From Candidatus Saccharimonadota bacterium (GTDB lineage Bacteria > Patescibacteriota > Gracilibacteria > BD1-5 > UBA6164): 32,000 bases of DNA. This document shows positions 11,793 to 22,763 of this stretch, in pieces (position 1 is the first letter of the stretch; each line of letters starts with the position of its first letter). The stretch lies in contig OY782392.1 of assembly GCA_963677765.1 (NCBI GenBank), positions 540,001-572,000 of the forward strand, read 5' to 3'. Made by a program: the position numbers and the translations under genes. The notes below the pieces were generated by a model, which saw only the letters and a list, made by a program, of their open reading frames with translations, was not told where the DNA came from and ran no database searches.

Positions 11793-12137
11793 ATGTTAAA
11801 AAAAACATTAAGAAGATTAAGTAGAAAAAACAGAATCAGATCTAAAGTTAGCTGAACAGCTCAAAGACCTAGATTATCTGTTTTCAGAAGTAATACTCAT
11901 ATTTCTGTTCAACTTATCGATGATACTGCATGAAAAACTCTAGCAGCAGCTTCAGACTTAAAAATAGCTAAAGATGGTAATAAAACTGAAATGGCTAAAA
12001 AAGTATGAGCTGAAATGGCTAAAAAAGCACAAGACTTAAAAATCGAAAGCATAGTTTTTGATAGAGGTTGATTTGCATACCACGGTAGAGTAAAAGCTTT
12101 AGCTGAAGCTTTGAGAGAAGGTGGACTTAAATTTTAA
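11793..12137 (+). CDS. rplR: 50S ribosomal protein L18
   Basis: [55 protein letters not shown]...[26 protein letters not shown]. 114 aa. Confidence 0.95.
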
Positions 12138-12157
12138 TTATTTAATACTAAAAAAGT

Positions 12158-12631
12158 ATGGCTTTTTCTGGAAAAGACAATAGAAATAAAAAATTTCAAA
12201 AACCAAGAAAAGAATTCAAAGAAGAATTATTAGCTATCGATAGAGTAACAAGAGTTACTTCTTGAGGTAGACAACTAAGATTTAGAGCTGTTATGGTTAT
12301 CGGTGACGGTAAAGGTAGAGTAGCTTTAGGTACTGGTAAGTCTTGGGAAGTTGTTGATGCAATCGCTAAAGCAGTTGCTGATGCAAAGAAAAATTTAACA
12401 AATGTTAGAATTGAAAACTGAACTGTTCCATATAATGTTGAAACTAAATACAAAGCTGCAAAAGTTATGGTTCATCCTGCATCTGAAGGTACATGATTAA
12501 TTGCCGGAGGTGCTGTGAGAAAAGTGTTAATGGCTGCAGGTTATACTGATGTATTAGCTAAAAGATATGGATCATCAAATTTAATAAATAATGCTAGAGC
12601 TACTATTCAAGCATTATCATCTTTCAAATAA
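12158..12631 (+). CDS. rpsE: 30S ribosomal protein S5
   Basis: [73 protein letters not shown]... 157 aa. Confidence 0.95.
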
Positions 12632-12657
12632 TAAATACTTATTAACATTAAAAAATT

Positions 12658-13110
12658 ATGTTATCATTAAATAACGTAAAAGCAAATGCATGATCAAGAA
12701 AATCTTCAAGAAGAGTAGGTAGAGGTAATGCTTCTAAATGAACTTACTGTGGTAGAGGTATGAATGGTCAAAATTCAAGATCAGGTGGGTGAGTAGCTCC
12801 TTGGTTTGAATGAGGTCAAACTCCTTTATTCAGAAGAATGCCTAAGCTTAAAGGTTTTTCAAATGCAAAATTTAAAAAAGAATACAATTTAGTTAATTTA
12901 TCTGATTTAGAAGTTTTATCTTCTAAATGAGTAACAGATATTAATAAAGAAGTTTTACTTGAAAACTGAGTTATTAGAAATAAAAGCTTAGAAGTAAAAT
13001 TATTAGCTAAAGGTGAATTAACTGCTAAAATTACTGTTGTTGTAGATAAAGCTTCAACTTCAGCTAAAGAAGCTGTTGAAAAAGCTTGAGGAAAAATTGA
13101 AACTAAATAA
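12658..13110 (+). CDS. rplO: 50S ribosomal protein L15
   Basis: [69 protein letters not shown]... 150 aa. It follows rpsE after only 26 nt, so there is no rpmD. Confidence 0.95.
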
Positions 13111-13114
13111 TAAT

Positions 13115-13150
13115 AAAACCTAAGCTTTTAGTTTGGGTTTTTTATTTTTT
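13115..13150 (+). terminator. terminator-like hairpin between rplO and secY
   Basis: aaaacctaa (13115-13123) pairs with ttgggtttt (13133-13141) with one G-U pair and a 9-nt loop, followed by a T-rich run to 13150. Confidence 0.5.
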
Positions 13151-13193
13151 TAGTTATAATCAATTATAATAATTTATAAATAATATTAATCAT

Positions 13194-14462
13194 ATGATTA
13201 AGAGTATAAAATCTGTATTTTCTAATAAAAATATAAGAAAAAAAATAATTGCTACTCTTTCTTTAGTTCTTGTATATAAGGTTCTTGCAGTTATACCTGT
13301 TTATGGTGTTGATACAACTGCATTATCTACTATAATGGAAGAAAATAAAGGTCTTGCTTTTTTTAGTGCTTTGATGTGAGGAGGTTTAGAAAGTTTTTCT
13401 ATAATTTTAATGTGATTAGCTCCATACATTAATGCATTAATCATAATTCAACTATTATGAGTTATAGTTCCAAAAATTTGAGATTTACAAAAGCAATGAG
13501 AACAATGACAAAAAAAGATTACTAAAATGACTAGATGGTTAACTTTACCTTTAGCATTTGTACAATCTTATTGAATGATTGTTTTATTGAATAGTTTAGC
13601 TTGATGAACAATTATTGATTTATCAGATAAACAAACAGTATTAATGGCAATGACTATTGTAACTGCAGGTACTATATTCCTAATGTGGTTATGAGAAGTA
13701 ATGACAGAAGTTTGAATAGGTAATGGTATATCTATAATAATTACTGCTTGAGTACTAGCTTGAACTCCTTGAGTTATTATGTGACATATTAATGCTGCTG
13801 ATTATGCTTTATTTGCATGATTACTAATCGCAACATTAATTATCATATATATAATTATTAAGTTTACAGAAGGTAACAGAAGAATTCCAGTTATTTATAC
13901 TAGAACAGGTAGAGATGAAAAATCTTATTTCCCAATAAGAGTTAATCAAGCTTGAATGATACCTATTATATTTGCTGTTTCATTAGTTACATTTCCATCT
14001 ATTATAGGTCAAATTATGTCATCTTCTTCAAATGTTACTTTATCAGAATTAGGAGCAACTTTATTAAAATATTTTGATATGACTAATCCTTCTTGGATAT
14101 TTATAGCAATATATTTCTTATTAGTTGTATGATTTTCATTCTTTTATGTATCAATTACATTTAATACTGAAAATATTTCTGAAAATATACAAAAAAAAGG
14201 TTGATATATTCCTGGTATTAGACCATGATCTGAAACATCTGCTTACTTAACAAAAGTTTCTAATCATTTAAATTTATTTGGTGGTTCATTCTTAGCTTTA
14301 ATAGCTGTACTACCATATATAATGTGAAAATTTATGTGAGGTGAATCAGTAGATTTTATAATTTCATGAGCATGATTGATAATTATAGTATCAGTTATAT
14401 TAGATATTATAAGAAAAATCAATGCAGAATTAAAAATGTTTGATTATTCAAAATTTAATTAA
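13194..14462 (+). CDS. secY: preprotein translocase subunit SecY
   Basis: Track ORF 13194..13379 extended with TGA=Gly: ...GGLESFSIILMGLAPYINALIIIQLLGVIVPKIGDLQKQGEQGQKKITKMTRWLTLPLAFVQSYG...IPGIRPGSETSAYL... 422 aa, all triplets checked (24 TGA). Confidence 0.95.
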
Positions 14463-14463
14463 T

Positions 14464-14496
14464 AAAAAAACTTAACACTTAGTGTTAAGTTTTTTT
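14464..14496. terminator. bidirectional intrinsic terminator shared by convergent secY and the methyltransferase gene
   Basis: Perfect 9-bp stem acttaacac (14470-14478) / gtgttaagt (14482-14490), loop tta, flanked by an A-run on the left and a T-run on the right. Confidence 0.75.
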
Positions 14497-15205
14497 ATAT
14501 TATTATTTTTTTACTAATTATCATTTCTTCTAATTGTTTAATAGTTTCTTCTGAATTGCTATCTTTTTTTATTTTTAAACTTACTGTTTTATTTCATTTA
14601 ATCTTATTTGAATATTTATAATATAAATCAACCATAAGTAGTTCGATTTGTGAAACTGCATCTTTGATATCTTTTTTATCAATATCTCTAAATATATTTC
14701 TAATATTAACTTCTCTTGTTTCTATATTATGAATATTATCTAATATTTCGTCCTGAGAGCTATTTATTACTACAGGATATATAAATATATATCATTCTTG
14801 TTTTGTTACTCTTAAAGCTTCTTTAATTGCTTTTATTTTATCTTCTTTATATAGAATCCATGAGATAGACCATAAATATAATAATTTATCAAATGATTCA
14901 TCTTTAAATGATAAATCTCTCATATCACTTATTACTCAGTTTTTACTTTTTATGTCTGTGTTTATAAAAAATGAATTTTCTATTCATAGTTTTTTTAATT
15001 CATTTTCTATATTAGAATTTCATGCTCAAACATTTAAGATATTTTCTCAATCTATATTATTTATATTTAATCATAATAATTCTTTATAGAAAACTAGACT
15101 TCTAGAAGTAACTCTAGCAACTTTTGAGTTTATCTTATCTAATAAGTTTCTAATAGAATTATCATTTTTTCTGTTTATTTCTTCTTTTATTTCTAATTTT
15201 TCCAT
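14495..15205 (-). CDS. class I SAM-dependent methyltransferase, substrate unknown
   Basis: 236 aa: MEKLEIKEEINRKND...ENILNVGAGNSNIENELKKLG (motif I-like GxGxG, two Gly as TGA) ...DMRDLSFKDESFDKLYLWSISWIL. All triplets checked, TAA stop. Confidence 0.6.
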
Positions 15206-15252
15206 AGTTTTATTTTATTTAACTATTTTATATTATCATATTATTTAAAAAT

Positions 15253-15285
15253 AAAAAAAGATAAGAAACTTTCTTATCTTTTTTT
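15253..15285 (-). terminator. intrinsic terminator downstream of def
   Basis: Perfect palindrome agataagaaa (15259-15268) c tttcttatct (15270-15279), flanked by A and T runs. Overlaps the def stop codon region. Confidence 0.7.
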
Positions 15286-15748
15286 ATAAATAATCTGTAA
15301 ATAATTTACCATCTAGATGATCTATTTCGTGTTGAACAATTCTTGCACTTAATCATTCTAATATAAGTGTTTTTTTAGATTTTTTTTCATCTAAAAAAGT
15401 AAGTTTGATTTTATTAAATCTTTCAACATCTCATTTTTCTCATGGAATAGATAAACATCATTCAGTATCACAGTTTGTTTCATCTGAATGTTCTTCTATT
15501 TCAGGATTTATCATCATTAATGTTTTAAAGTTTTCATCATCCCGATCTTTTAATAAGCTTACTACTATTAGCCTTACTGAATAACCAACTTGAGGAGCTG
15601 CTAATCATACTCATCAATTTTCAGGGTCTTTTATATGTTTTACCATTTCTTTTCATAGTTTTACATATTTTTTAAAATCTTTATCATTTATTTTTTCAGC
15701 TACTTTTCTTAAAATCGGATTTTCTTCTCAAGTTTCAATTTTTAACAT
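15284..15748 (-). CDS. def: peptide deformylase
   Basis: 154 aa with all three deformylase motifs: GVGLAAPQVG, EGCLSIPG (the Gly is TGA at 15458-15460) and QHEIDHLDG. All triplets checked. Confidence 0.93.
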
Positions 15749-15892
15749 TTTATAAAAATTTATTAATAATAACTATTCTCATTTTAATTATTTTTTGTTT
15801 TATTGCAAAAATATTGCTTATTTTTATTTTGTCTTTACAAAATTTACTATATCTATAATATATATACAAAATATATAACTTTTAAATAAAAT

Positions 15893-16900
15893 ATGATTGA
15901 GTCAAGTAATAAACAAGAATCAACAAGAATTGTATCACCTGTAGAAAATATAGAAGATAAGGTTAATTGATGAAATGTTCTAAGACCTTTAAGACTTGAA
16001 GATTATGTTTGACAAGAGTCTATTAAAAAGCATTTATCTGTTTCTATGGCATCATCAAAAATTAGATGAGAAAGCTTAGATCATGTTTTATTTTATGGTC
16101 CTCCATGATTATGAAAGACAACATTGTCTAATATAATAGCTAATGAAATGGAAACATCTCTAAAGTCTACTAGTTGACCAGCTATAGAAAAACAATCAGA
16201 TTTAGTTAGTATATTATCAAATTTGGAAGAATGAGATATTCTTTTTATAGATGAAATACATAGACTTAAACCACAAGTAGAAGAAATTCTTTATACTGCT
16301 ATGGAGGATTTTGAAATAGATATAATGGTTTGAAGTTGAACTGGTGCCCAAAGTGTTAAATTACCATTAAAAAGGTTCTGTCTAGTATGAGCTACAACTA
16401 GATTATCATCATTATCTAATCCTTTGAGAGATAGATTTTGAAATGTTTTAAAATTAGATTTTTATAGTCAAGAAGATTTATCATACATAGTTCGTAATAA
16501 TGCAAAAAAATTAGATTTAGATTTAAAAGACTTTGTGTTTGATATAATATCTCAAAAATCAAGATGAACTCCTAGAATTTCAAATAGATTATTAAAAATA
16601 ATAAGAGATTATATAACTATATGAAAAGATTTGTGAAATATAGATATTGTAAATGAAATATTTAATGATATATGAATAGATCATATAGGTCTTGATTATT
16701 TAGATAGAAAATATTTATCAACTATAATGGATAAGTTTTGATGATGACCTGTTTGATTAAATACATTATCAAGTGCTATTTGAGAAGAAGAAGCTACTCT
16801 TGAGGATGTTGTAGAACCTTATTTATTACAAATAGGTTTTATAGAAAGAACTCCAAGGGGTAGAAAAATAACAGGTGCATGAATTAATCACTTAAAATAA
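15893..16900 (+). CDS. ruvB: Holliday junction branch-migration helicase RuvB
   Basis: 335 aa: ...[19 protein letters not shown]...[23 protein letters not shown] (both Walker A Gly after PP are TGA, 16106-16108 and 16112-16114) ...[10 protein letters not shown]...[10 protein letters not shown]... Confidence 0.93.
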
Positions 16901-16905
16901 TTATT

Positions 16906-18090
16906 ATGATTTTAAAGAAAAAAAAATTAACTTTTACTTTAGATGAATGAATTGATAAAGTAAAAGATTTAGTAAAAGAAAAACTAGATAAAACTCAATG
17001 AGTTTTAGTTATTTTAGTAGCTTGATGAACTGCGAGTTGAAAAACCTCTGCAGTTGCAAAAAAAATTAATGATAGCTTCCCAGACTCTCAAATACTATCT
17101 ATGGATAATTACTATAGATGACCTAGTTTTATGAAAGAACATCCTGATTATAACTTTGATCAACCTGAAGTTTTAAATTTAGAGTTATTTTTTAAACACT
17201 TGAAAGAGTTAAAAAAATGAAATGATGTAAAAATACCAAGTTTTGACTTTAAGAATGATCCAATTATGGAAGCTACTCTTATAAAATCTTCAAAAATAAT
17301 TATAGTTGAATGATTATTTGCTTTAGATAATAAATTATCTAAATTAGGAGATTTAAAAATATTTGTAGAGTTATGAGAACATAGTCAAATATTAAGAAGG
17401 TTATTTAGAGATGTAGAAAGAACATGAAATAAGCCAAATGATATATTAAAATATTTTTTGGATGTAGTTTGACCTATGCACAAAAAATATATAGTTCCTA
17501 CAAAAGAAAATGCTGATATAATTTTGCTTAATGATTATATACCAGAACTTGAATCAAAGAATGCAAAAACTAAAGAAACAAAACTTAGATATAAAGCAAC
17601 ACAAAAGGATATAAAAGAAGCTCTAGATGAAGTTATTTATAAGCTGGGTTGAAATTATGTATGAAAAATTGAACAAACAGATTTTTTCTTTTTTCCTACG
17701 GGTGCTAATTATAAAAAAACATGAGAAATATTAAAAATAAGAAAAGTAGGATTTAATAGATATTATTTTACTTATTTTTGACCTCAAGATAATAAAAAAT
17801 CATATGAAGATAGATATACTATGAGATTTTTTGTTGATTATAATACCTTACTTAATTTTAAAGAATTATATCCAACTGATATTGTCGAAATAACAAAACT
17901 AAGAAGGACATTTTTCTTAAAATGAGTTTTAATATGCCTAGATCAATTAGAAAATTGAGATACATATATAATGTTCAAATTCGAAGAAAAAAACGGTAGA
18001 CAAATAATTTTGGATGTATTAGAGCATTTAGAGATTGATGCTAGAACTTGATTAAAGAAATCTTATTTTGAATTAATAAACAAAAACTAA
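16906..18090 (+). CDS. uridine-kinase-like P-loop kinase fused to a C-terminal CYTH (CyaB / thiamine-triphosphatase-like) domain
   Basis: 394 aa. N-terminal half: VLVILVAGGTASGKTSAVAKKI...LSMDNYYRG...IVEGLFAL...LRRLFRDVERTG, a Udk/PRK-type fold. C-terminal half: ...QTDFFFFP...GEILKIRKVG...YFTYFGPQDN...RYTMRFFV...KLRRTFFLKGVLICLDQLENGDTYIMFKFE, a CYTH-like pattern. Confidence 0.7.
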
Positions 18091-18093
18091 TTT

Positions 18094-18990
18094 ATGTCTA
18101 TATGGCAAACTAAAAACTGGCAAGAAATGCTTAAGAAATCATGACAAGTTGAATCTTATTTTTTAATAGACAATGTCTATATAGAAAAAAGACAAATAGC
18201 TTTATGAAATTATGCATTATTTGTTATATGAGTTAATTTATTGGATATACAGACATCAACATATAAAAAGGCTATTGAGTTATCTAAAAAAGAATGATGT
18301 TTGTTTATACAATTTGAAACACTACATTATTGAGCTAAAATTAATAATAGTTTCAATAAATTAAAGTTATGATATTATAAAAAATTTATTACACCATATA
18401 CTAGTGTAATTGATTTAGATCTTTCAGAAGATGAAATACTATCTTTTATGAAACCTAAATGAAGATATAATATAAAACTCGCATGAAAAAAATGAGTATA
18501 TATAGATGAAGTAGAAAAAAATGATGAAAATATAAAAATCTTTTATGATTTAATGATTGAAACAACATCAAGAGATAATTTTAATTGAAATACTTTTGAT
18601 TATTATAAATCATTTTTAAATACTATTTCTGAATCTAAACTTTTATTTGCATTTGTAGATGATAAGGTTATTTCAGCTTGAATATTTACTTTTACAGATG
18701 TAGCTATTTATTATTATTGAGCTTCTACTAGTGATAAACAATATAGAAACTTAATGTGACCATATCTTCTTCAATGGGAAGCTATAAAAATATGAAAAGA
18801 AAAGTGATGTAAATTTTATGATTTTTTAGGAGTTGCAACTCCTTGAGATAAAAAAAGTAGTTTAGCTTGAGTTACTGATTTTAAATTAAAATTTACCAAA
18901 GATGTAAGAGAAGTAAGTGAAAGTTATATTTATATAAATAATAAAATTAAGTATTTATTATTACAGTTATTAAGAAAAATAAAAAGATAA
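18094..18990 (+). CDS. FemAB-family (FemX/MurM-like) aminoacyl-tRNA-dependent peptidoglycan peptidyltransferase
   Basis: 298 aa: ...FMKPKGRYNIKLAGKKGVYI...IYYYGASTSDKQYRNLMGPYLLQWEAIKIGKEKGCKFYDFLGVATPGDKKSSLAGVTDFKLKF. All triplets checked, TAA stop. Confidence 0.7.
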
Positions 18991-19011
18991 AATATTATTT
19001 TATCTTTTTTC
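18984..19011 (+). terminator. intrinsic terminator ending the ruvB / kinase-CYTH / femAB-like unit
   Basis: Perfect 10-bp stem aagataaaat (18984-18993) / attttatctt (18997-19006), loop att, then a T-run. The stem includes the stop codon. Confidence 0.7.
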
Positions 19012-19072
19012 TTGATTTTAAAATGAGAATGATTACTATTTTAGTAATATTTTAATTGATAATTATGAAAAT

Positions 19073-19648
19073 ATGTTTGAATTACCAAAACTACCTTATG
19101 AAATGGATGCATTAGAACCATATATCTCTAAAGAAACTTTAGAATATCATTATGGTAAACACCACCAAACTTATGTTACTAACTTAAATAATTTAGTTTC
19201 ATGAACTGATTTAGAATGAAAAACTTTAGAAGAAGTTATTAAGTCTAGTGAAGGATGAGTATTTAATAATTCTGCTCAAGTATGGAATCATACTTTTTAT
19301 TGGAATTGTATGGCTCCTAATGCTGGTTGAGAACCAAAAGGAGAAGTTTCAGAATTAATTAATAGAGATTTTTGAGACTTTGAAACATTTAAAGAAAAAT
19401 TTTCTACTAGTGCTGCTACTAATTTTGGTTCAGGTTGGACTTGGTTAGTTAAAACTCCTGAAGGAAAATTAGAAATAGTAAATACTTCTAATGCTTCTAC
19501 AGTTATAACTACTGAAAACACTCCATTAATGGTTATAGATGTATGGGAACATGCTTATTATATAGATACAAGAAATGCTAGACCTAAATATATTGAAAAC
19601 TTTTGGGCTTTAGTAAATTGGGATTTTGTAAATGAAAATCTTAAATAA
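19073..19648 (+). CDS. sodB: superoxide dismutase, Fe/Mn family (Fe-type signature)
   Basis: 191 aa: [39 protein letters not shown]...[17 protein letters not shown]...GSGWTWLV...[23 protein letters not shown]. The AQVWNH context is typical of Fe-SOD. Confidence 0.9.
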
Positions 19649-19649
19649 T

Positions 19650-19680
19650 AAAAAGAAACCTTTTATAAGGTTTCTTTTTT
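19650..19680. terminator. bidirectional intrinsic terminator shared by convergent sodB and leuS
   Basis: 9-bp stem agaaacctt (19654-19662) / aaggtttct (19667-19675), loop ttat, flanked by an A-run and a T-run. The leuS stop (19679-19681) abuts it. Confidence 0.75.
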
Positions 19681-22402
19681 ATTTAACAACTATATTTATT
19701 ATTCTACCTGGTACATAAATTTCTTTTACTATTTCTTTTCATTCTATCCATTTTATAACATCTGGATTATTTTTAGCTATTTCTAATACTTTATCTTTTT
19801 CTTCATCTTTGTTTATTTCTATTTCTCATCTTACTTTACCTAATACTTGTACAGCCATTTTTATTGTATCATCAATAATCATTTCTGGATCATATTTTGG
19901 CCAAGCTTCTAAGTGAATAGAATTAACTTTTTCTTTATTCATTCTTTCCCAAAGTTCTTCAGCTAAGTGAGGAGCAAAAGGATTAAGTATTATAAGGAAG
20001 CTTTTTCTAAATTCTCTTTGAAGTTCTTTATCATTTGGTAGTCAGTTATTAACTAATATCATTAATGATGCTATCGCAGTATTAAATTTATAGTTATTTA
20101 TATCTTCTTCTACTTTTTTTATAGTTTTATGAAGAAGTTTCATTGTATTTTTGTCTTCTTCTGTTGAAATTTTAGCTTCACTAGTAAATAATCTTTCTGT
20201 TTTTTCTAAAAATCTTCTTACTCCTATAATTCATTTGCTATCCCAAGGAGCAGAGTCTTTAAACTCAGCCATATACATTTCATATAGTCTTAAGCTATCA
20301 GCTCAAAATTCTTCAACTATATCATCTGGGTTTACAACATTTTTTAAACTTTTTGACATTTTAGACACTATTCTGTCTACTTCTAATCAAGTTTCTATTT
20401 CATAAAACTTACCATCTTTTTCTTCTACTAGGTCATTAGCTAATAGTCATCCATTTTTTCTTTGAAAAGCATGAGCTAATATTAATCATTGATTTCTAAG
20501 CCTATAGAATGGTTCATCATAACTTACTACTCATATATCATATAAGAATTTATGCCAAAATCTAGCATATAATAAGTGTAATACAGCATGTTCTGCTCAA
20601 CCTACATATGAATCAACTTGTCCCCAGTATTCTTCTATATCTTTGTCTACTAAGTATTCGTTATTAGTATTATCCATATATCTAAGGTAGTACCAACAAC
20701 TTCCTCACCATTGAGGCATTGTATTTGTTTCTCTTTTACCATTTAGGTTTTCTGCTAATTTTACATTAACAAAGTCATCTACTCTTGCAAGAGGTGAGTT
20801 ACCATCTCAAGCTGGTTCAAAATTGTCTACTTCTGGTAATTCTATAGGTAACCTATAATCACAAACTATTTTTCAATATAATCAATCATATATTTTTGAA
20901 AATACTTTTCATCAAATAATTAGTTCTCTTACGCTACCACAAGGACATTTGGCACCTTCACAACTTTCTCATTGTTTTTCTTCTCTTTTTAAAATGTAGG
21001 CTTTATTTAAATCTTTTACTTGATCTAATGATGAAATATGTTCTAATTTTTGAAGGCTTTCCTTTTCTATGTGTATTAATGGAATTGGTTCTCACCAATA
21101 TCTTTGTCTAGAAAATAACCAATCTCTAAGTTTATAATTTACAGTTTTTTTACCAAAATTGTTTTTTTCAGCATATTCTGCTAATTTAACTTTTGCTTCA
21201 TTTGATTTTAATCAAGAGAATTCTCAAGAGTTAGTTAATATTCAATATTGAGTATAAGCTTTAGATAAGTCATTTTCTTCATTTTTTTCTGATTTTATTG
21301 ATTCTATAATTTCTAAATCATATTTTTTAGCGAATTCAAAATCTCTTTCATCATGTGCAGGAACTGCCATTACAGCTCATGTACCATAGTTACCTAATAC
21401 ATAGTCTCAAATCCATAAAGGGACCTTTTTATTATTAAATGGATTTAGTACATATGAACCAGTAAATACTCAAGTTTTTTCTTTGTTTTCTAGTGTTCTA
21501 TCTTGATCTGATTTTTTAGATGCATTATCTATATATTCTAAACAAGCTTCTTTTTGTTCTGTAGTTATGAAATCTTCTACATTTTTATGATCTGGAGCTA
21601 ATACAGCATATGTCATACCAAAAACAGTATCTATTCTTGTAGTATATACTGATATAGATTTAGTTTCATCATCTGATTTTTTCATATCAAATTCACAACC
21701 TTCAGATTTACCAATCCAGTTTTTTTGCATTTCTTTTATACTTTCTGGCCAGTCAAGTTTATCTACATCCTTAGCTAATCTATCTGCATATTTTGTAATA
21801 GCTAAAACCCATTGTCTTAGTTTTTTCTTTTCTACTTTTGTACCACATCTTTCATGAGTAAAGTCATTTAGTACTTCTTCATTTGCTACAGATGTTTTAC
21901 AATGAGGACAATAGTTTATAGGTAAGTCTTGTTCATAAGCTAAACCTTTTTCAAATAGTTTTAAGAAAATCCATTGAGTCCATTTAAAATATTCAGGACT
22001 AGTTGTGTCTATTTCTCTATCCCAATCATAACTAAATCATAGTTCTTTTATTTGTCTTCTAAAATTATCTATATTTTCATCAGTTGTAATTCTTGGGTGA
22101 GTACCTGTTTTTATAGCAAAGTTTTCTGCTGGTAATCAAAAAGCATCCCATCACATTGGATGTAATACATTATATCAATTAGCATTTTTATATCTTGCTA
22201 CTATATCGTTAGCTGTCATTCATTCAGGATGACCTACGTGAAGTCATGCACCTGAAGGATAAGGGAACATGTCTAAACAATAATATTTTGGTTTAGCTGT
22301 TTTATTTTTTATTTCTTCTTTACTAGGAGAATTAACTTTAAAAGTTTTATTTTCTTCCCAATAAGTTTGCCATTTTTTTTCTATTTCTTTGTGCTTATAC
22401 AT
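19679..22402 (-). CDS. leuS: leucyl-tRNA synthetase
   Basis: 907 aa: [21 protein letters not shown]...[18 protein letters not shown] (TGA at 22244-22246) ...[15 protein letters not shown]...[14 protein letters not shown]. Track ORF 21470..21730 is in frame. All in-frame triplets checked, no TAA/TAG. Confidence 0.95.
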
Positions 22403-22481
22403 TTTTTAGTTTTATTATATATAATAAAAAGTAGTCAATGACTTGATTATATTTTAAAAATTATATTTTTCTAGTTTTTGT

Positions 22482-22509
22482 TTGAAAAAAACTAAACTTT
22501 TTTTATAAT
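22482..22509 (+). promoter_or_regulatory. candidate promoter for the small membrane-protein gene
   Basis: TTGAAA (22482-22487), 16-nt spacer, TATAAT (22504-22509), 30 nt upstream of the ATG at 22539. Confidence 0.35.
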
Positions 22510-22538
22510 AGTAAATATTAAAATATAAATAAAAACAA

Positions 22539-22760
22539 ATGTTTAATAAAATACTTGTTATTTGATGAATAGCATTATCTGCTATTCTTATTATAGAAAA
22601 TATGGTTATTCCTAATACAGCGTATTTTTTTATAGATAACTCTTCTAGTTCTTGGTTTGTTGCTTTTGCTTCTACTATTATTTGAATAGGTATTTGATAT
22701 TGAATAGCAGGGCTTCTTAAAAAAGATGGTATTGATGATGATGATCATTTAGATTTTTAG
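22539..22760 (+). CDS. small hypothetical membrane protein with two predicted TM segments and an acidic tail
   Basis: 73 aa: MFNKILVIGGIALSAILIIENMVIPNTAYFFIDNSSSSWFVAFASTIIGIGIGYGIAGLLKKDGIDDDDHLDF. Seven TGA=Gly, TAG stop. Has its own candidate promoter and terminator. Confidence 0.5.
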
Positions 22761-22763
22761 TAA

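Noticed and set aside
4440-12453. Minus-strand track ORFs 4440..4622, 7093..7296, 8010..8192, 9708..9926 and 12196..12453
   Set aside because: All are antisense to confidently identified ribosomal-protein genes (rplC, rplV, rpsC, rplX/rplE, rpsE).
15749-15892. A consensus promoter for ruvB (tttaca 15834-15839 and tataat 15854-15859)
   Set aside because: The spacer is only 14 nt, and the alternative -35 choices give 19 nt. This is too uncertain to report as a feature.
19297-20405. Track ORFs 19297..19521 (-) and 20151..20405 (+)
   Set aside because: They are antisense to sodB and leuS respectively.
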